A stretch of DNA of 64,000 bases from an uncultured Candidatus Rokubacteria bacterium (GCA_963805625.1 CAWDVE010000012.1:134936-198935), one strand, 5' to 3'; shown: positions 44,928 through 56,730, counted from the first letter of the stretch. The notes: generated by a model not told the origin, from the sequence alone. Translations and numbers: made by a program.

Positions 44928-46393
44928 ATGGAGCCGGGGGAGCCTTCGCGCGGCTGCTTCTCCTGCGACCTTTCCGGGCCCGGAAGGGACCTCTCGCACT
45001 TCTGGGAGCACGTGATTGGCAGCGACCACGCCCCGGTCGCGCTGCGGGCCGACTGGCAGGCCCAGCTCCGGCGGTGCCGGCGCGAGTTGGGCCTGTGCGC
45101 GGTGCGCTTTCACGGGCTGTCGGCACGTTCATCGTCCACGACCAGGCGCCACTCTATTCGTTCTTCAACGCCGACCAGATCGTGGACTTCCTGCTCTCGA
45201 TCGGCATGCGGCCCTTCGTGGAGTTGAGCTTCATGCCCGCGGCCCTCGCGTCGGGCGACAGGACCGTCTTCCGCTATCGCGGCAACGTCACCCCACCCAT
45301 CGACTACGGAGCGTGGGGGGAGCTCGTCCGCGGGCTCGTCGCCCACTGGAAGCAACGCTACGGAACCGAGGAGGTGGAGCGCTGGCACTTCGAGGTCTGG
45401 AATGAGCCTAACCTCGAGGACTTCTGGGCAGGGACGCAGCAGGACTACTGGCGGCTGTATCGCCACGCGGCGCAGGCCGTCAAGTCGGTCGATCCCTCGT
45501 TCCGAGTCGGTGGGCCGGCCACGGCCAGGAACGAGTGGATCGCCGAGTTCCTCGACTTCTGCGAGCGGGAGGCCGTGCCCGCGGACTTCGTCAGCACCCA
45601 TCACTACCCCACCGACGCGCTCGGGAACGAGAAGGACGACACCGAGAGCCCGCTTTCGCAGGGTCGCCGCGGCCTTCTCCGCGACCAGGCGCGCAGAGCG
45701 CGCCAGGAGGCGGGCCAGCGGCCGCTCCTGTACACCGAGTGGAACACCTCCTCGAACCCGCGCGACCGCCTCCATGACCAGCCCTACGCCGCGGCCTTCA
45801 TCGTCAAGACCGTGATGGAGATGAGCGGGCTGGTCGAGAGCTACGGCTTCTGGACCTTCACCGACCTGTTCGCCGAGAACTACTTCCCCTCGGTTCCCTT
45901 CCACGGAGGCTTCGGCCTCCTCAACCTCCACGGGATCGCGAAGCCCTCCTACCGTGCCTTCGAGCTGCTGCACCGGCTCGGTCGCCGCGAGCTGCGCGTC
46001 GAGGGCGCTCATCCGACGGTGGACGTCTGGGTCGTGCGCAAGGGCCAAGCGCTCACCGTGCTGCTCACCAACCACGCTCTGCCCCGCCACTCGATCGCGA
46101 CCGAGTCGATCGAGGTCCGGCTGGGGAACGCGCCCGCGCCGCACGGGGCGCGGATCGAACGGATCGACGAAGACCACGCCAATGCCAGGGTCGAGTGGCT
46201 CCACATGGGGAGCCCCGAATACCTTCGGCGCGCGGACATCGAGCGCTTGCAGGAGGCCTCGGTAATGACGACGCAGAGCTGTCCGCTCAGCTACGCCGAT
46301 GGCACGATCGTCTTGCGGGTCGAGCTTCCGCCGCACGCCGTGGCCGCGGTCACGCTGGAGCTGGCCGCCGGCGTTAGGAGAGCGAGACGGTGA
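44928..46393 (+). pseudogene. GH39 beta-xylosidase, frameshifted near 45120
   Basis: VRFHGL | ..RPFVELSFMP, FEVWNEPN, YTEWN. Confidence 0.85.
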
Positions 46394-47703
46394 GGATCTC
46401 GCGCTCAGACCAGCGCTACCTCGACAAGCTGCAGCGCGACACATTCCAGTACTTCTGGAAGGAAGCCGATCCTCGAAGCGGCCTTGTGCCCGACAACACG
46501 AGCAAGGGTGCGCCCTCGAGCATCGCGGCCGTGGGACTGGCTCTCGCCACCTACACGGTCGGTGTCGAACGTCATTGCATCAGCCGCAAGCAGGGCATCG
46601 AGCGGACGCTGGCGACTCTGCGCTTCTTCGTCGAGAGTCCCCAAGGGCCTCAGGCCGACGCCACCGGCTACAGGGGCTTCTACTACCATTTCCTCGACAT
46701 GCGGAGCGGACGCAGGGTGTGGAAGTGCGAGCTGTCCACGATCGACACCACGATCCTGCTCGCCGGCGGGCTCACCGCGGCTCGGTACTTCGACCGGCCG
46801 GCCGCCGCGGAGCGGGCCATCCGCGACCTGGCCGAAGAGCTGTACCGGCGCGCCGACTGGTCGTGGGCGCTCAATGGTGGACCCACGGTCTCGCACGGGT
46901 GGCGACCGGAGAGAGGGTTCATCCGTTACCGGTGGCAGGGCTACAATGAAGCGCTGATCCTGTACGTCCTGGGTCTGGGCTCGCCGACGCACCCCTTGCC
47001 CGAATCGAGCTATCCCGCCTGGACGTCGACGTACGTCTGGAAGAGGGTCTACGGACACGAGTACCTCTACGGCGCGCCGCTCTTCATCCATCAGTTGTCG
47101 CATCTCTGGCTCGACCTCCGCGGGATCCAGGACGATTACATGCGCCGCAGGGACAGCGACTACTTCGTCAACAGCCGCCGAGCGACTCACGTGCAGCAGC
47201 AGTACGCGGTCCGCAACCCCAGGAAGTTCGAGGGCTACAGCGCCTGTTCGTGGGGGTTCACGGCCAGCGATGGGCCCGGTCCGGCACGCCGCCGCATCCG
47301 CGGCGTGGCGCGCCTCTTCCACGCCTACAAGGCCCGCGGCGTGCCCTGGGGCCCCGACGACGGGACGCTGGCTCCGTGGGCGGCGGCGGCCTCGCTGCCG
47401 TTCGTACCGGACGTCGTCCTGTCCACGCTGCGCTACTTCGACGAGGCCTTTCCCGAGATGGTCAGCCGGTACGGCTTCAAGTGCAGCTTCAATCCTACGT
47501 TTCCCGCACGGACGGCCAAGGGCTGGATTTCGAAAGGCTACTACGGCCTCGACCAGGGCCCGGTCGTCCTCATGATCGAGAACCAGCGCTCGGAGCTGAT
47601 CTGGCGGCTCATGCGCGGGTGTCCGCACGTCGTGAGGGGGCTGCAACGGGCGGGGTTCGACGGAGGCTGGCTGGCCGCCACGACCCCGAGGTTGGCATCA
47701 TAG
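46390..47703 (+). CDS. Glucoamylase-like/GH144 family glycosidase
   Basis: SSIAAVG, GFYYHFLD, GYNEA, DQGP. Confidence 0.85.
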   Translation: MRISRSDQRYLDKLQRDTFQYFWKEADPRSGLVPDNTSKGAPSSIAAVGLALATYTVGVERHCISRKQGIERTLATLRFFVESPQGPQADATGYRGFYYHFLDMRSGRRVWKCELSTIDTTILLAGGLTAARYFDRPAAAERAIRDLAEELYRRADWSWALNGGPTVSHGWRPERGFIRYRWQGYNEALILYVLGLGSPTHPLPESSYPAWTSTYVWKRVYGHEYLYGAPLFIHQLSHLWLDLRGIQDDYMRRRDSDYFVNSRRATHVQQQYAVRNPRKFEGYSACSWGFTASDGPGPARRRIRGVARLFHAYKARGVPWGPDDGTLAPWAAAASLPFVPDVVLSTLRYFDEAFPEMVSRYGFKCSFNPTFPARTAKGWISKGYYGLDQGPVVLMIENQRSELIWRLMRGCPHVVRGLQRAGFDGGWLAATTPRLAS

Positions 47704-47755
47704 GCCGGACCACCGGCCACAGGTGCTAACATCCGCCCCTTGGGGAACGGGGGAA

Positions 47756-47783
47756 ACGGCCGAGAAGGCTCCATACGAGGAGC
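47756..47783 (+). other. dif/Xer-like half site 4 fused to yihY sequence
   Basis: GGGGGAA-ACGGCCGAGAA then degenerate GGCTCC-ATACGAGGAGC. Confidence 0.55.
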
Positions 47784-47968
47784 CGATGCTGGCCCGGCCG
47801 AGGTATAGGCCGATCAAGACGCCGAAGAGCAGTGACGTGATGACCGCCCCGACCCATACGTCCGGCCAGTCGAGCCGAACATCGGGCAGGACCCGATACA
47901 CCATCGCGATCAGAACCGAGATCACGAGCAACGAGACGAGTAAGTTCAGGATCTGCCACACTGTGCCA
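47767..47968 (-). pseudogene. YihY/BrkB family internal fragment
   Basis: YRVLPDVRLDWPDVWVGAVITSLLF...SSYGA, cut at site 4. Confidence 0.75.
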
Positions 47969-48021
47969 CCGCCCGGGTTCGCTGCCGGCCGAGACCTGGT
48001 GTCGCCGAGAGGAGATCGCCG

Positions 48022-48636
48022 ATGAAGAAGTATGTGCTGCCTGACCTGGCATACGAGTACTCCGCACTGGAGCCGCACTACGCCGCGCGGCCGCTCGAGG
48101 TGCATCATCGCAAGCATCACGCGGCGTACGTCGCTGGCGCGAACACGACGCTCGAGAAGCTCGCGACGGCCCGTGAGCGCCGGAATTTCGAAGCGATCAA
48201 CCAGCTGCAGAAGAGTCTCGCCTTTCATGTCTCCGGGCACGTGCTGCACTCACTCTTCTGGCGCAACATGAGCCCGCACGGTGGTGGGCAGCCCGGGGGC
48301 GAGGTGACCGCCGCCATCCAAGAGTCGTTCGGTTCGTTCGACGCCCTCAAGAGCCAGCTGACCGAAGCGGCGCTCAACGTTCAAGGCTCCGGCTGGGGGG
48401 CCCTGGCGTGGGAGCCCGTCGGTCAGCGCTTGGTCGTGGAGCAGGTCTACGACCACCAAGGCAATATCGGCAACGGCACGGTGCCGCTGCTCGTGCTCGA
48501 CATGTGGGAACATGCCTACTACCTGCAGTATCAACACGCGAAGGGCGATTGGGTCACGGCCTTCTGGAAGGTGGTCAATTGGGAGGACGTCGCGCAGCGC
48601 TTTCAGAAGGTGCGCACACTGGACCTCGGGCTGTAG
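48022..48636 (+). CDS. Fe/Mn superoxide dismutase
   Basis: LPDLAYEYSALEP, HHRKHH, DMWEHAYY. Confidence 0.95.
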   Translation: MKKYVLPDLAYEYSALEPHYAARPLEVHHRKHHAAYVAGANTTLEKLATARERRNFEAINQLQKSLAFHVSGHVLHSLFWRNMSPHGGGQPGGEVTAAIQESFGSFDALKSQLTEAALNVQGSGWGALAWEPVGQRLVVEQVYDHQGNIGNGTVPLLVLDMWEHAYYLQYQHAKGDWVTAFWKVVNWEDVAQRFQKVRTLDLGL

Positions 48637-48938
48637 CCTGGTTCCCCGGGCGCCGGCTCGCTTTGGTAGCGACTTCAGCGGGTGGGAGGGATCGGCCGCC
48701 ACGTCGCCCTCAGGCGTGGGTTCCGAGGCTCTAGCGGTTCAACCGAGGCAGTGGGCGAGTACATTAGTCAGAGAAAGCACTCTCCGACATGCGGCGGCTC
48801 TACCGTCTGGGCTACGAGGCGGCGTTCCGCCTGCGCGTGAATACCCCGCCGTTCGACGAGGCGCGCTCGGTCCTCCGGGACCGGCACGGGACGGCTGTCG
48901 CCCCGCCTTGAATCACGGGCGGCCCGACGAGCCGTCGC

Positions 48939-50687
48939 TTAGATCAGTTCGCGCACCCGGTCCTTGAGCACCGTCAGCGCGATCTTTCCCCGGTTCGGCT
49001 CGCCCCGCGCCAGCGACTCGGCAAACTTCATCGCCTGCTTGGCGGTGATCTTCGGCGGCAGCGGTGGCTCGAAGGGGTCCACGACCGCCTCCACGACTAC
49101 CGGCCCGCGCGTTCCCAACGCCTGGTCCAGCACGGCGCCGCACTGGGCGGGGTCCTCGATCCGGAAGCCGGCGCCCCCGCAGGCCCGGGCGAACGCCGCG
49201 AAGTCGATGGGGTGCAGGTCGCACCCGTACTCGGGGTTGCCGAGGAAGACCATCTGCTCCCACTTGATCTGGCCCAGGGTGTTGTTCTTGATGACGACCA
49301 CCTTGATCGGCAGTTCGTACTTCACCGCGGTGGCGAACTCGGCCATGAGCATCGAGAAGCCGCCGTCGCCGACGAACGCCACGCACTGGCGGTCAGGGTA
49401 GGCGAGCTGCGCCGCGATTGCATAGGGGAGGCCGTTGCCCATGGTGGCGAGGGTTCCCGACAGCGAGTGCATCTGGCCGCGCCGCGCGGGAATCTGCCGG
49501 GCGAACCAGGTGGTGATCGTCCCCGAGTCGCAGGAGACGATGGCGGTGGACGATAGGCGCTTGCCCAGCTCCCAGGCGACCACCTGCGGCTTCATCGGCG
49601 TGTCCGGCCGGGTGCCGCGCTCCTCCATCAGCGCCCGCCACTTCGTCATGCCCTCCTGGGCCGTGGCCAGGAAGCTCCGCTCTTCCGTCCGCTGGAGGAG
49701 CGGTAGCAGCGCCTGGAGCGTGCGCCGGCTGTCACCGACCAGCCCAACTTCGACGGGATAGCGGAGGCCGATCCGGGCCGGGTCGAGGTCGATCTGCACC
49801 CCGCGCGCCTGCCCCGGCTTCGGGTAGAACTCGATGTACGGGAACGAGCTGCCCACGATCAGGAGCGTGTCGCACTCCTCCAGGGCCTCCTGCGAGGGCT
49901 TGCTTCCGAGGAGGCCGATCCCGCCGGTCGTGTAGGGGCTGTCGTCGGGGACGGCGGCCTTGCCGAGCAGCGCCTTGACGATCGGCGCCGCCAGATACTC
50001 GGCAAGCTGCTCCAGCTCGTCCGTGGCCTGCAGGGCGCCCTGCCCGGCCAGGATCGCCACCTTGCGGCCGGCAGCGAGGATCTCCGCGGCCCGGCGGAGG
50101 TCGGCCTCGTCCGGCAGCCGCGCGCTTTGGGCGTGGACGTCGGCGTTGTGGCCGGGCACGTTGCGTCGAGAGCGCTCGCCCCCGGCCTGCTCCTGGAGAT
50201 CGACCGGGAAGGTGATGTGGGCCACGCCCTGGTAGGCGAGGGCCGTGCGGCAGGCCAGGTCGGTCACATTCTCGACGTGCGCCGGCCCCATCATGCGCGC
50301 GTTGTAGACGCTCACATCCTCGAACACGCGGTCGAGATCGACGTCCTGCTGGGCGTGGGTGTCGATGAGGTCGTGGTAGTGGTGGCCCGTGATGGCCAGG
50401 ACGGGCTGGCGATCCATCTTGGCGTCGTAGAGACCGTTCAGGAGGTGGAGACCGCCGGGACCCGAGGTGGCCAGGCAGACGCCGAGCTTGCCCGTGTACT
50501 TCGCGTAGGCGCAGGCCATGAAGGCGGCGGCCTCCTCGTGGCGCACCTGGACGAACCGGATCGTCTCCTGCCGCATGCGAAGCGCCTCCATGATGCCGTT
50601 GATACCGTCGCCGGGCAGCCCGAAGACCACCTCGACGCCCCAGTCGTGGAGGGTCTCAATGAGTATGTCGGCGGCGGTGTTGGCCAT
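48939..50687 (-). CDS. ThDP-dependent pyruvate oxidase/dehydrogenase-like enzyme
   Basis: FGLPGDG, RHEE, GDGGF..NN. Confidence 0.9.
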   Translation of the reverse strand: MANTAADILIETLHDWGVEVVFGLPGDGINGIMEALRMRQETIRFVQVRHEEAAAFMACAYAKYTGKLGVCLATSGPGGLHLLNGLYDAKMDRQPVLAITGHHYHDLIDTHAQQDVDLDRVFEDVSVYNARMMGPAHVENVTDLACRTALAYQGVAHITFPVDLQEQAGGERSRRNVPGHNADVHAQSARLPDEADLRRAAEILAAGRKVAILAGQGALQATDELEQLAEYLAAPIVKALLGKAAVPDDSPYTTGGIGLLGSKPSQEALEECDTLLIVGSSFPYIEFYPKPGQARGVQIDLDPARIGLRYPVEVGLVGDSRRTLQALLPLLQRTEERSFLATAQEGMTKWRALMEERGTRPDTPMKPQVVAWELGKRLSSTAIVSCDSGTITTWFARQIPARRGQMHSLSGTLATMGNGLPYAIAAQLAYPDRQCVAFVGDGGFSMLMAEFATAVKYELPIKVVVIKNNTLGQIKWEQMVFLGNPEYGCDLHPIDFAAFARACGGAGFRIEDPAQCGAVLDQALGTRGPVVVEAVVDPFEPPLPPKITAKQAMKFAESLARGEPNRGKIALTVLKDRVRELI

Positions 50688-50774
50688 TACGTGGCCTCCT
50701 TTCCTCGGCGAGCGCTCTCGAGCTTGGGAAGGACCTCGCGCTCGCTAATCATTCTCTGGCCCCTTCCTACTGCG

Positions 50775-50945
50775 GCGTCAGCGCGTTGATCAGGCGCAGG
50801 AATCCTGGGCGCTTGGCGAACTCCGCGCCGCTGATTCCGTCCTCGACGTAGACGTACTCCGTCGTGACTGCCCAACCCTTCATCGCGGCGTAGCTGGTCG
50901 CGTGCGCGACCTGGCGGGTGACGGACCTCTCGTCGTCATTCCCCT
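50775..50945 (-). pseudogene. Large serine recombinase N-terminal remnant
   Basis: SVTRQ..GW..YVEDGISGAEFAKRPGF. Confidence 0.65.
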
Positions 50946-51271
50946 CCCGGACACAGATTGCCCATAGCCATTACAGTCTCCGAACAGCGTCAGCCGGAGC
51001 GCGCAGACAACCCGACTGCAAGAAGGGCACCCAGGAGGATCCGGCGATGCGCTGTCTTCGGCCGTGCTGATGTGTGGTCGATTGGGCACTGCATTTTAGG
51101 ACCGGCTGATGCCTGATCCGGCACGCCCTCCAACGGCCGAGAGCCGCCGACCGAGAGCCTGTCTGTCTTTTGTCCAAACTCCGTCCGGCGGGCCAGCGGT
51201 TGATCCTTTGCGCTGATCCTGAGATAGAGCCCGGTCCACACGTCTTAAACGGTCTTGACTGGGAGAGATGT

Positions 51272-53519
51272 CTAGCCCGGCGAGGCGCGGTGGCGACGGT
51301 GCGTTAGCTCGAACGCGCCAAACATGAGGCTGCCAATGACGAAGGGGATCAGGAAATAGATCGTGCGAAACGCGATCAGGGCGCCGATCACGTTGGCGCC
51401 CGGCACGAGCGACAGGATCACGGCCTCAATCACCCCGAGCCCGCCCGGCACGTGGCTCACGATCGCCGCGGTGTTGGCCATCACGTAGACGGCCGCCACC
51501 GGGAAGAAGCCGATTTCAGCTGAGGCCGAGAGCATCTGGTGCAGGACCGCCGAGACTAAGAGGAAGTCGCAGGTCCCGACCAGGATCTGACCGATGGCGA
51601 GCGTGAGCGGTGGCAAGGGCAGGGTGAAGTGGCGGATGTGGATCGGCCGGCGTACGAATGTCGTGAGGGCAAGATAGGCGGCCAGTAGGACCAGGAGCAC
51701 GATGCCTGCGGCGATCACCAGGCCGGAGCCCACACCGATCATGCGCGCGACCAGCGGCGGCTCCGTCAGGGCCGCGATGGCGCCGAGGGTGGTCAGACCA
51801 ACCAGCACGGTCGCGCCGCAGAACAGGATGATCCGGCCGACGTCGCCGGCCGAGAGGCCCCAGGCGGTGTAAAAGCGATAGCGCACGGCACCGCTACTGA
51901 ATGCGGCCAGGCCCAGGGTATGGCCGATCGACAGGCTGATCAGCGAGGCGAGCGCGATCCTCCGATATGGGAGGGCGCCCTTAGGACCCGGTGCGAAATA
52001 AATGGACCAGATGCTATCGCTTTGCCGACTGGGTGGGAAGGATCGTGTAGTTCCAGTCCCCGTGAAACGGATCGGGCCGCAGGCGGACGGCCTCCAGGGT
52101 GGCGCGACTGACCTTGAGGCCCGAGGGATACCGGGTCGTGTCCAGCCGCGCCCGCACGCGGAGGCCCGTGGTGGTCGTGGTGGCCGCGATCAGATTCACA
52201 ATGACCGCGTGACTGAGCAGGGGCTGGCCGCGCCAGTTCTGAGTGATGAAGGAGAACAGGCGGTGTTCGATCTTGTTCCACTTGCTCGTGCCGGGCGGGA
52301 AATGACACACCGTGATGGGCAGGTGGAGGCGGTCCGCCAGTTTCTGCAGCTCGACCTTCCACAACCGCCGGCGGGCGCCGTTGCTCCCGCCGGCGTCGGC
52401 CGTGATCAGCAGCCGCCGGGCGTGAGGATAGGCCCGGCGCCCCATGGCCTGCCACCAGTGGCGAATGCTCGCGACGGCAAACGCCGCCGTGTCGTGGTCG
52501 ATGCCGACACTGACCCAGCCGGTGTTGGCGCCCAGATCGTAGACCCCGTAGGGAATGGCGCGCCCCAGCTCCGGCTGCACGAAGTCGTGGACCCGCACCG
52601 GCCGAGGCTGCCCGTGGGCCCGCCATTCGCGACCGGCATTCTTGAACGGCCCCACGAGCTCCTTCTTCTTGGTATCGACAGAGATCGCCGGCTGGCCCTG
52701 GCGCAGCGTGGCCTGGACGCGGGCGGCGATGTGCTCGAACTGGGCATTGCGATCGGGGTGCCGGGTGCCCTCGATCGTCTTCCGATTGGCCTGCAGGCTG
52801 TACCCCAACTGCTGGAGCAACGCGGCGACCATCCGATGGCTCGTGCGATGCCCTTGGCGGGTCAGCTCGGCGGCCAGGCGCCGGACGCTCTTGCAGGTCC
52901 ACCGCAGCGGGGACTGCGGATCCCCGCGCGTCGTGGGTTCGATCAGCGTTTCCAAGTCCGTCACCAACGTCGGATCCTGGTCGACCGTGCGCTTGCGCCC
53001 GCCTCCGGGACGCCGGATCCGCCCCGGGGCCAGGGCCGCTGCGCCACGGGCCTTCAGCTCCGTGACCCCAGCGCGAATGGCGCGCCGGGACACTCCGGTG
53101 GCCCGGGCCACCGCCGACACGCTGTCCGCGGCCGCGACTTCCGCCGCGGCCACCAGCCGGCGCAGCCGCTCGTCCAGGTGCGGCTCGATCAGCCGGAACC
53201 GTCGTCGAATGGCCTGCTCGGCCACCATCCATGGGATACCCTAGCAGCCACGATCCCATTATCTGGTACATTTATTTCGTGACAATCCCTTAGTGTAGCG
53301 GATGGCTAACGTGTCGTTGGCGGTGAGGCACAAGTAGCTGCCGGCGGTGAAGGCTGCGCCGAGCGCCAGATGGGTCGAAGAAATCGCGCCCAGCGACTGG
53401 ACAATTGCCTCCAGGCTGTGGCCTCTCAGCGCGCGATAGATCAGGAATGCGGCCAGACCGAACACCGTCACGCCAATCCAGAGATACAAGCGCTTGAGGG
53501 AGGACGATTTGTCACTCAT
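51272..53519 (-). pseudogene. Lysylphosphatidylglycerol synthase TM-domain protein interrupted by ISAzo13
   Basis: SYLCLTANDTLAIRYT | ..VRYRFY, SHVPGGLGVIEA. Confidence 0.85.
51984..53289 (-). mobile_element. ISAzo13 element, copy 2
   Basis: 1306 bp, near-identical to 11170-12475; TTA duplication. Confidence 0.95.
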
Positions 53520-54050
53520 TTGCCGGCCGGGCTATCAGCGAGTTCGCGGAGCGGAACGTGCAGGAGGGGACCAGCGGCACGCGGGAGAGATGAGGCGGAT
53601 AGACACGAAGTTGGAGATTGTCAGACACTAGTAGCGCCGTGCGGCTCACTGCGAATAGATGAACGAAGCCCGTCATGATGGCGGACCGTGTGGCGTGGTT
53701 CGCGCGTGGATGCGGCGGCCGACAGTCCTTGCAGGAACTGTGAATCGTGAGGAGGTCGGCGCCGGTCGTGGTGCAGGGCTCATCGATCGGACTAAGATGA
53801 AAGTGCTTCAATTGGTAACAGTGTGCCGGACGCTGACGCACGTGTAAATCACGAGCGAGAATCGGGTCGGGCAACTGTAAGTCCTCGCCATTCCCCGTCT
53901 AGCATCGGGCGCGAAGGTTCGGCATCGTGAGGCCAACGAAAGGAGGCGCACGATGGACGACCGGGTTCGACGACTACGCCGCCGGACAGTGTGTCATAAG
54001 GGGAACCGCCTTCCGCGGGGCCGCCCGCCATCCCCCTGGGACGACGGCCT

Positions 54051-56465
54051 TTACTCTGCGGCCCGGACCCGATCCCGGCCCTCGGCTTTCGCTCGGTAGA
54101 GCGCGGCGTCCGCAGCCTGAAGAAGGCCTTCGGAGGTCTTGCCATGGTCGGGGAAGGCGGCGACCCCCGCCGAAACGGTGATGGGCCCGATGACCCGACC
54201 CCGGTGTGACACGCGGAGTTGGCGCATCGCTTCTCTGATCTCCTCGGCTCGATGCCGGGCCAGGTCGAGAGCCGCCTCCGGCAGAATCAGGATGAACTCC
54301 TCGCCTCCGAAGCGGCACGCGATATCGCCTTCGCGCACCCGCGTCCTGAGCAGCCCTGCCAGGGCGCGCAGCAGCGCATCGCCGGCGTCGTGGCCGCAGG
54401 AGTCGTTGAGCGATTTGAAGTGATCGATGTCCAGCATGATGATCCCGATCTCACGCCGACCACGCGTGGCCCGGGCGAGTTCGAGGTCGAGGGTCTCCTC
54501 CATATAGCGGCGGTTGAAGAGCCCTGTGAGGCCATCCACGATGGACTGGCTCCGCAGGCTGTCGCGCAGCCGCACGTTGGCCAGCGCCAGCGAGAGGCGC
54601 TCGGCCACGGTCACCGCGAGCCGTTGCTGAGCGTCGGGAGGAGGCTTGTGAACCCGATCGACCTGCTCCGGCTCTGGGCCGCCGTGCAGATGCAGGACGC
54701 CGAGCGGCTCGCCAAGCGCCACCATGGGAACGCAGAGGTAGCCCGTCGGCGGAGACAGGCCCAGATGGCCGCAGACGAGCCCCGAGTCCGCGGCGGCCAC
54801 GCGATATGGTCGCCCCCGTCGCAGAGCCCAGCAACGGTCCGGAGCGAAAAGCTGGTCTGGTGGAGGCGAGTCCCCCCAGAAGGCGACGACCTCCACGAGG
54901 TTCCTCGACGCGTGGAGCACGCCCAGCATACCGGACCCCGAGGGGAAGAGCTTCGGGCTGAACGCGCGGATGACGGCGTAGGCCTCCTCGGCGGTGAGAC
55001 AGCTCTGCAGCAGGTCGGCCATCTCGCCGAGCAACGTGGTCTCCCGGGTGCGCTGTTCGAGCTCGTTCACCCATTCGGAGAGGTTTCGGTTGGACTGCTC
55101 CAGGGCCAGCTCGGTCTGCTTGCGGCTGGTGATATCGTTGATGAACGCCATGATCCGGATCCCTTCGTCGGTCTCGGTGAAGCTCAGGCTGATCTCGACA
55201 GGGAACTCGGATCCGTCTTTTCGCCGACCGGCCAGGTCGAGGTCGAGCCCCATCGGGCGGATGCGGGGTGTGGACGTATAAGCCGCGCGATGTCCGATGT
55301 GGACATCACGAAAGCGCTCCGGAAGCAGGACTTCGACGTTCTGCTTGAGCAGCTCCTCCCGGCGGTAGCCGAACATCTGCTCGATCTTGACGTTGGCGTA
55401 CACGATCCGGCCGTTGCGATCGACGATCAGTATCCCTTCGCCCGCGGACTCCAGGAACGCCCTCGCCCGTCCTTCGCTCTTTCGCAGGTTCTCCTCGACC
55501 CGACGGCGTCCGCCCATGGCCGCGCCCAGGATCAGGGCGGTCACCGCGACCACGCTCATGAAGATCTGCAGCAGGAGGAAGCTCTCCGTGGGTGTCTTGC
55601 CCGCGAACGGGCCGACCGCTCGCGCAGTGTTCCAGACCGCGATCGCGGATACGACGAGCGTGGCCATTGCGGCTTCGCGCTGGCTGAAGCGCATCGCCGC
55701 CCAGATCGAGAAGGGGAAGATGGCGAAGGCCAGTGGTGACTCGATCGCGGCCGCCACCAGCCAGCCACCGAACACCATCTGGCTGACGAGGCCGAGCGAG
55801 GCCAGCAACGCGCCGGCCTCGGCGATCCGGCCGAGGCTCCAGGTGATCTCCCGGCGCGCGCCCCACGTGAGCAGCACCGGGGCGACGATCAGGGCTCCCA
55901 TGGCGTCGCCGAGCCACCACTGCCACCAGAGCGTCGCGTAGAGACGCCACGGAGCCGCCCCGCCCAGACAGAGGCTGAGGACGCCGATGGTGGCGCTGAC
56001 CGAGGTGGAGAGCCCCGCCGCCAGCGCGACGAATCCGAAGACGTCCTGGGGCCGCTCGAGAGACTCACGGAACCGCGTGAGGCGTCGAAGGAGGAAGGCG
56101 CCGGCGAGCGCCTCGAGAGTGTTGCCCATCGCGATCGCCGCTCCCACCGCCAGGCCGACGCCCGTGAACGCGTTGATGAGGAACGCTCCCAGCGCGATCC
56201 CCGGCCAGATCCGGGACCCGAGGAGCAGCACGGCGGCCAACGCGATTCCCGTCGGCGGCCACACCAAGGACACGTTCTGGTGCATGGGCGCCAAGGACAG
56301 GCCGAACTTGGCCGCGGCGAAGTAGACGACGGCGAGAATGCCGATGAGCGTGAGGGAGGAAACGGCGAGCGCCGCGTGCGTCGCCGCTCGCGATGCGTCA
56401 TCGCGCGAGCCCTCGCCGTCCGACTCGTCGGACCTGTCGTCAGTGGGACTCTTCGGCCACGCCAT
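54051..56465 (-). CDS. Diguanylate cyclase (MASE1-PAS-GAF-GGDEF)
   Basis: WPPTGI, WWLGD, RKDGSEFPVEISL, DIDHFK, RFGGEEF. Confidence 0.93.
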   Translation of the reverse strand: MAWPKSPTDDRSDESDGEGSRDDASRAATHAALAVSSLTLIGILAVVYFAAAKFGLSLAPMHQNVSLVWPPTGIALAAVLLLGSRIWPGIALGAFLINAFTGVGLAVGAAIAMGNTLEALAGAFLLRRLTRFRESLERPQDVFGFVALAAGLSTSVSATIGVLSLCLGGAAPWRLYATLWWQWWLGDAMGALIVAPVLLTWGARREITWSLGRIAEAGALLASLGLVSQMVFGGWLVAAAIESPLAFAIFPFSIWAAMRFSQREAAMATLVVSAIAVWNTARAVGPFAGKTPTESFLLLQIFMSVVAVTALILGAAMGGRRRVEENLRKSEGRARAFLESAGEGILIVDRNGRIVYANVKIEQMFGYRREELLKQNVEVLLPERFRDVHIGHRAAYTSTPRIRPMGLDLDLAGRRKDGSEFPVEISLSFTETDEGIRIMAFINDITSRKQTELALEQSNRNLSEWVNELEQRTRETTLLGEMADLLQSCLTAEEAYAVIRAFSPKLFPSGSGMLGVLHASRNLVEVVAFWGDSPPPDQLFAPDRCWALRRGRPYRVAAADSGLVCGHLGLSPPTGYLCVPMVALGEPLGVLHLHGGPEPEQVDRVHKPPPDAQQRLAVTVAERLSLALANVRLRDSLRSQSIVDGLTGLFNRRYMEETLDLELARATRGRREIGIIMLDIDHFKSLNDSCGHDAGDALLRALAGLLRTRVREGDIACRFGGEEFILILPEAALDLARHRAEEIREAMRQLRVSHRGRVIGPITVSAGVAAFPDHGKTSEGLLQAADAALYRAKAEGRDRVRAAE

Positions 56466-56484
56466 CGGTCACTCCGCTTCCGGC

Positions 56485-56730
56485 TTACGGTAGGAGGAGT
56501 CGCGTCACGACCGTCTGGCCGGTGCTCGGGTCGCGGTACCCCGCAACCACGACCTGGACACCGAGTTCCAACCCCATGGTGGGTACGTGGGGCGCAAGCC
56601 GCAGGTCTTGGCTGCGAATGGACAGCTCACGCGTGGCGACCATCCAATACGTGATCGGTCCGGCCAGGGTAAACGGCATACGCTCCCCGGGGGCCAGACG
56701 GGCGAGTTTGCGGGCGGCTTCATCGAGCAT
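56485..56730 (-). CDS. Small OB-fold-like (DUF5666-like) protein
   Basis: FTLAGPI..GVQVVVAGYR..VVT; paralog at 58191-58508. Confidence 0.5.
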   Translation of the reverse strand: MLDEAARKLARLAPGERMPFTLAGPITYWMVATRELSIRSQDLRLAPHVPTMGLELGVQVVVAGYRDPSTGQTVVTRLLLP

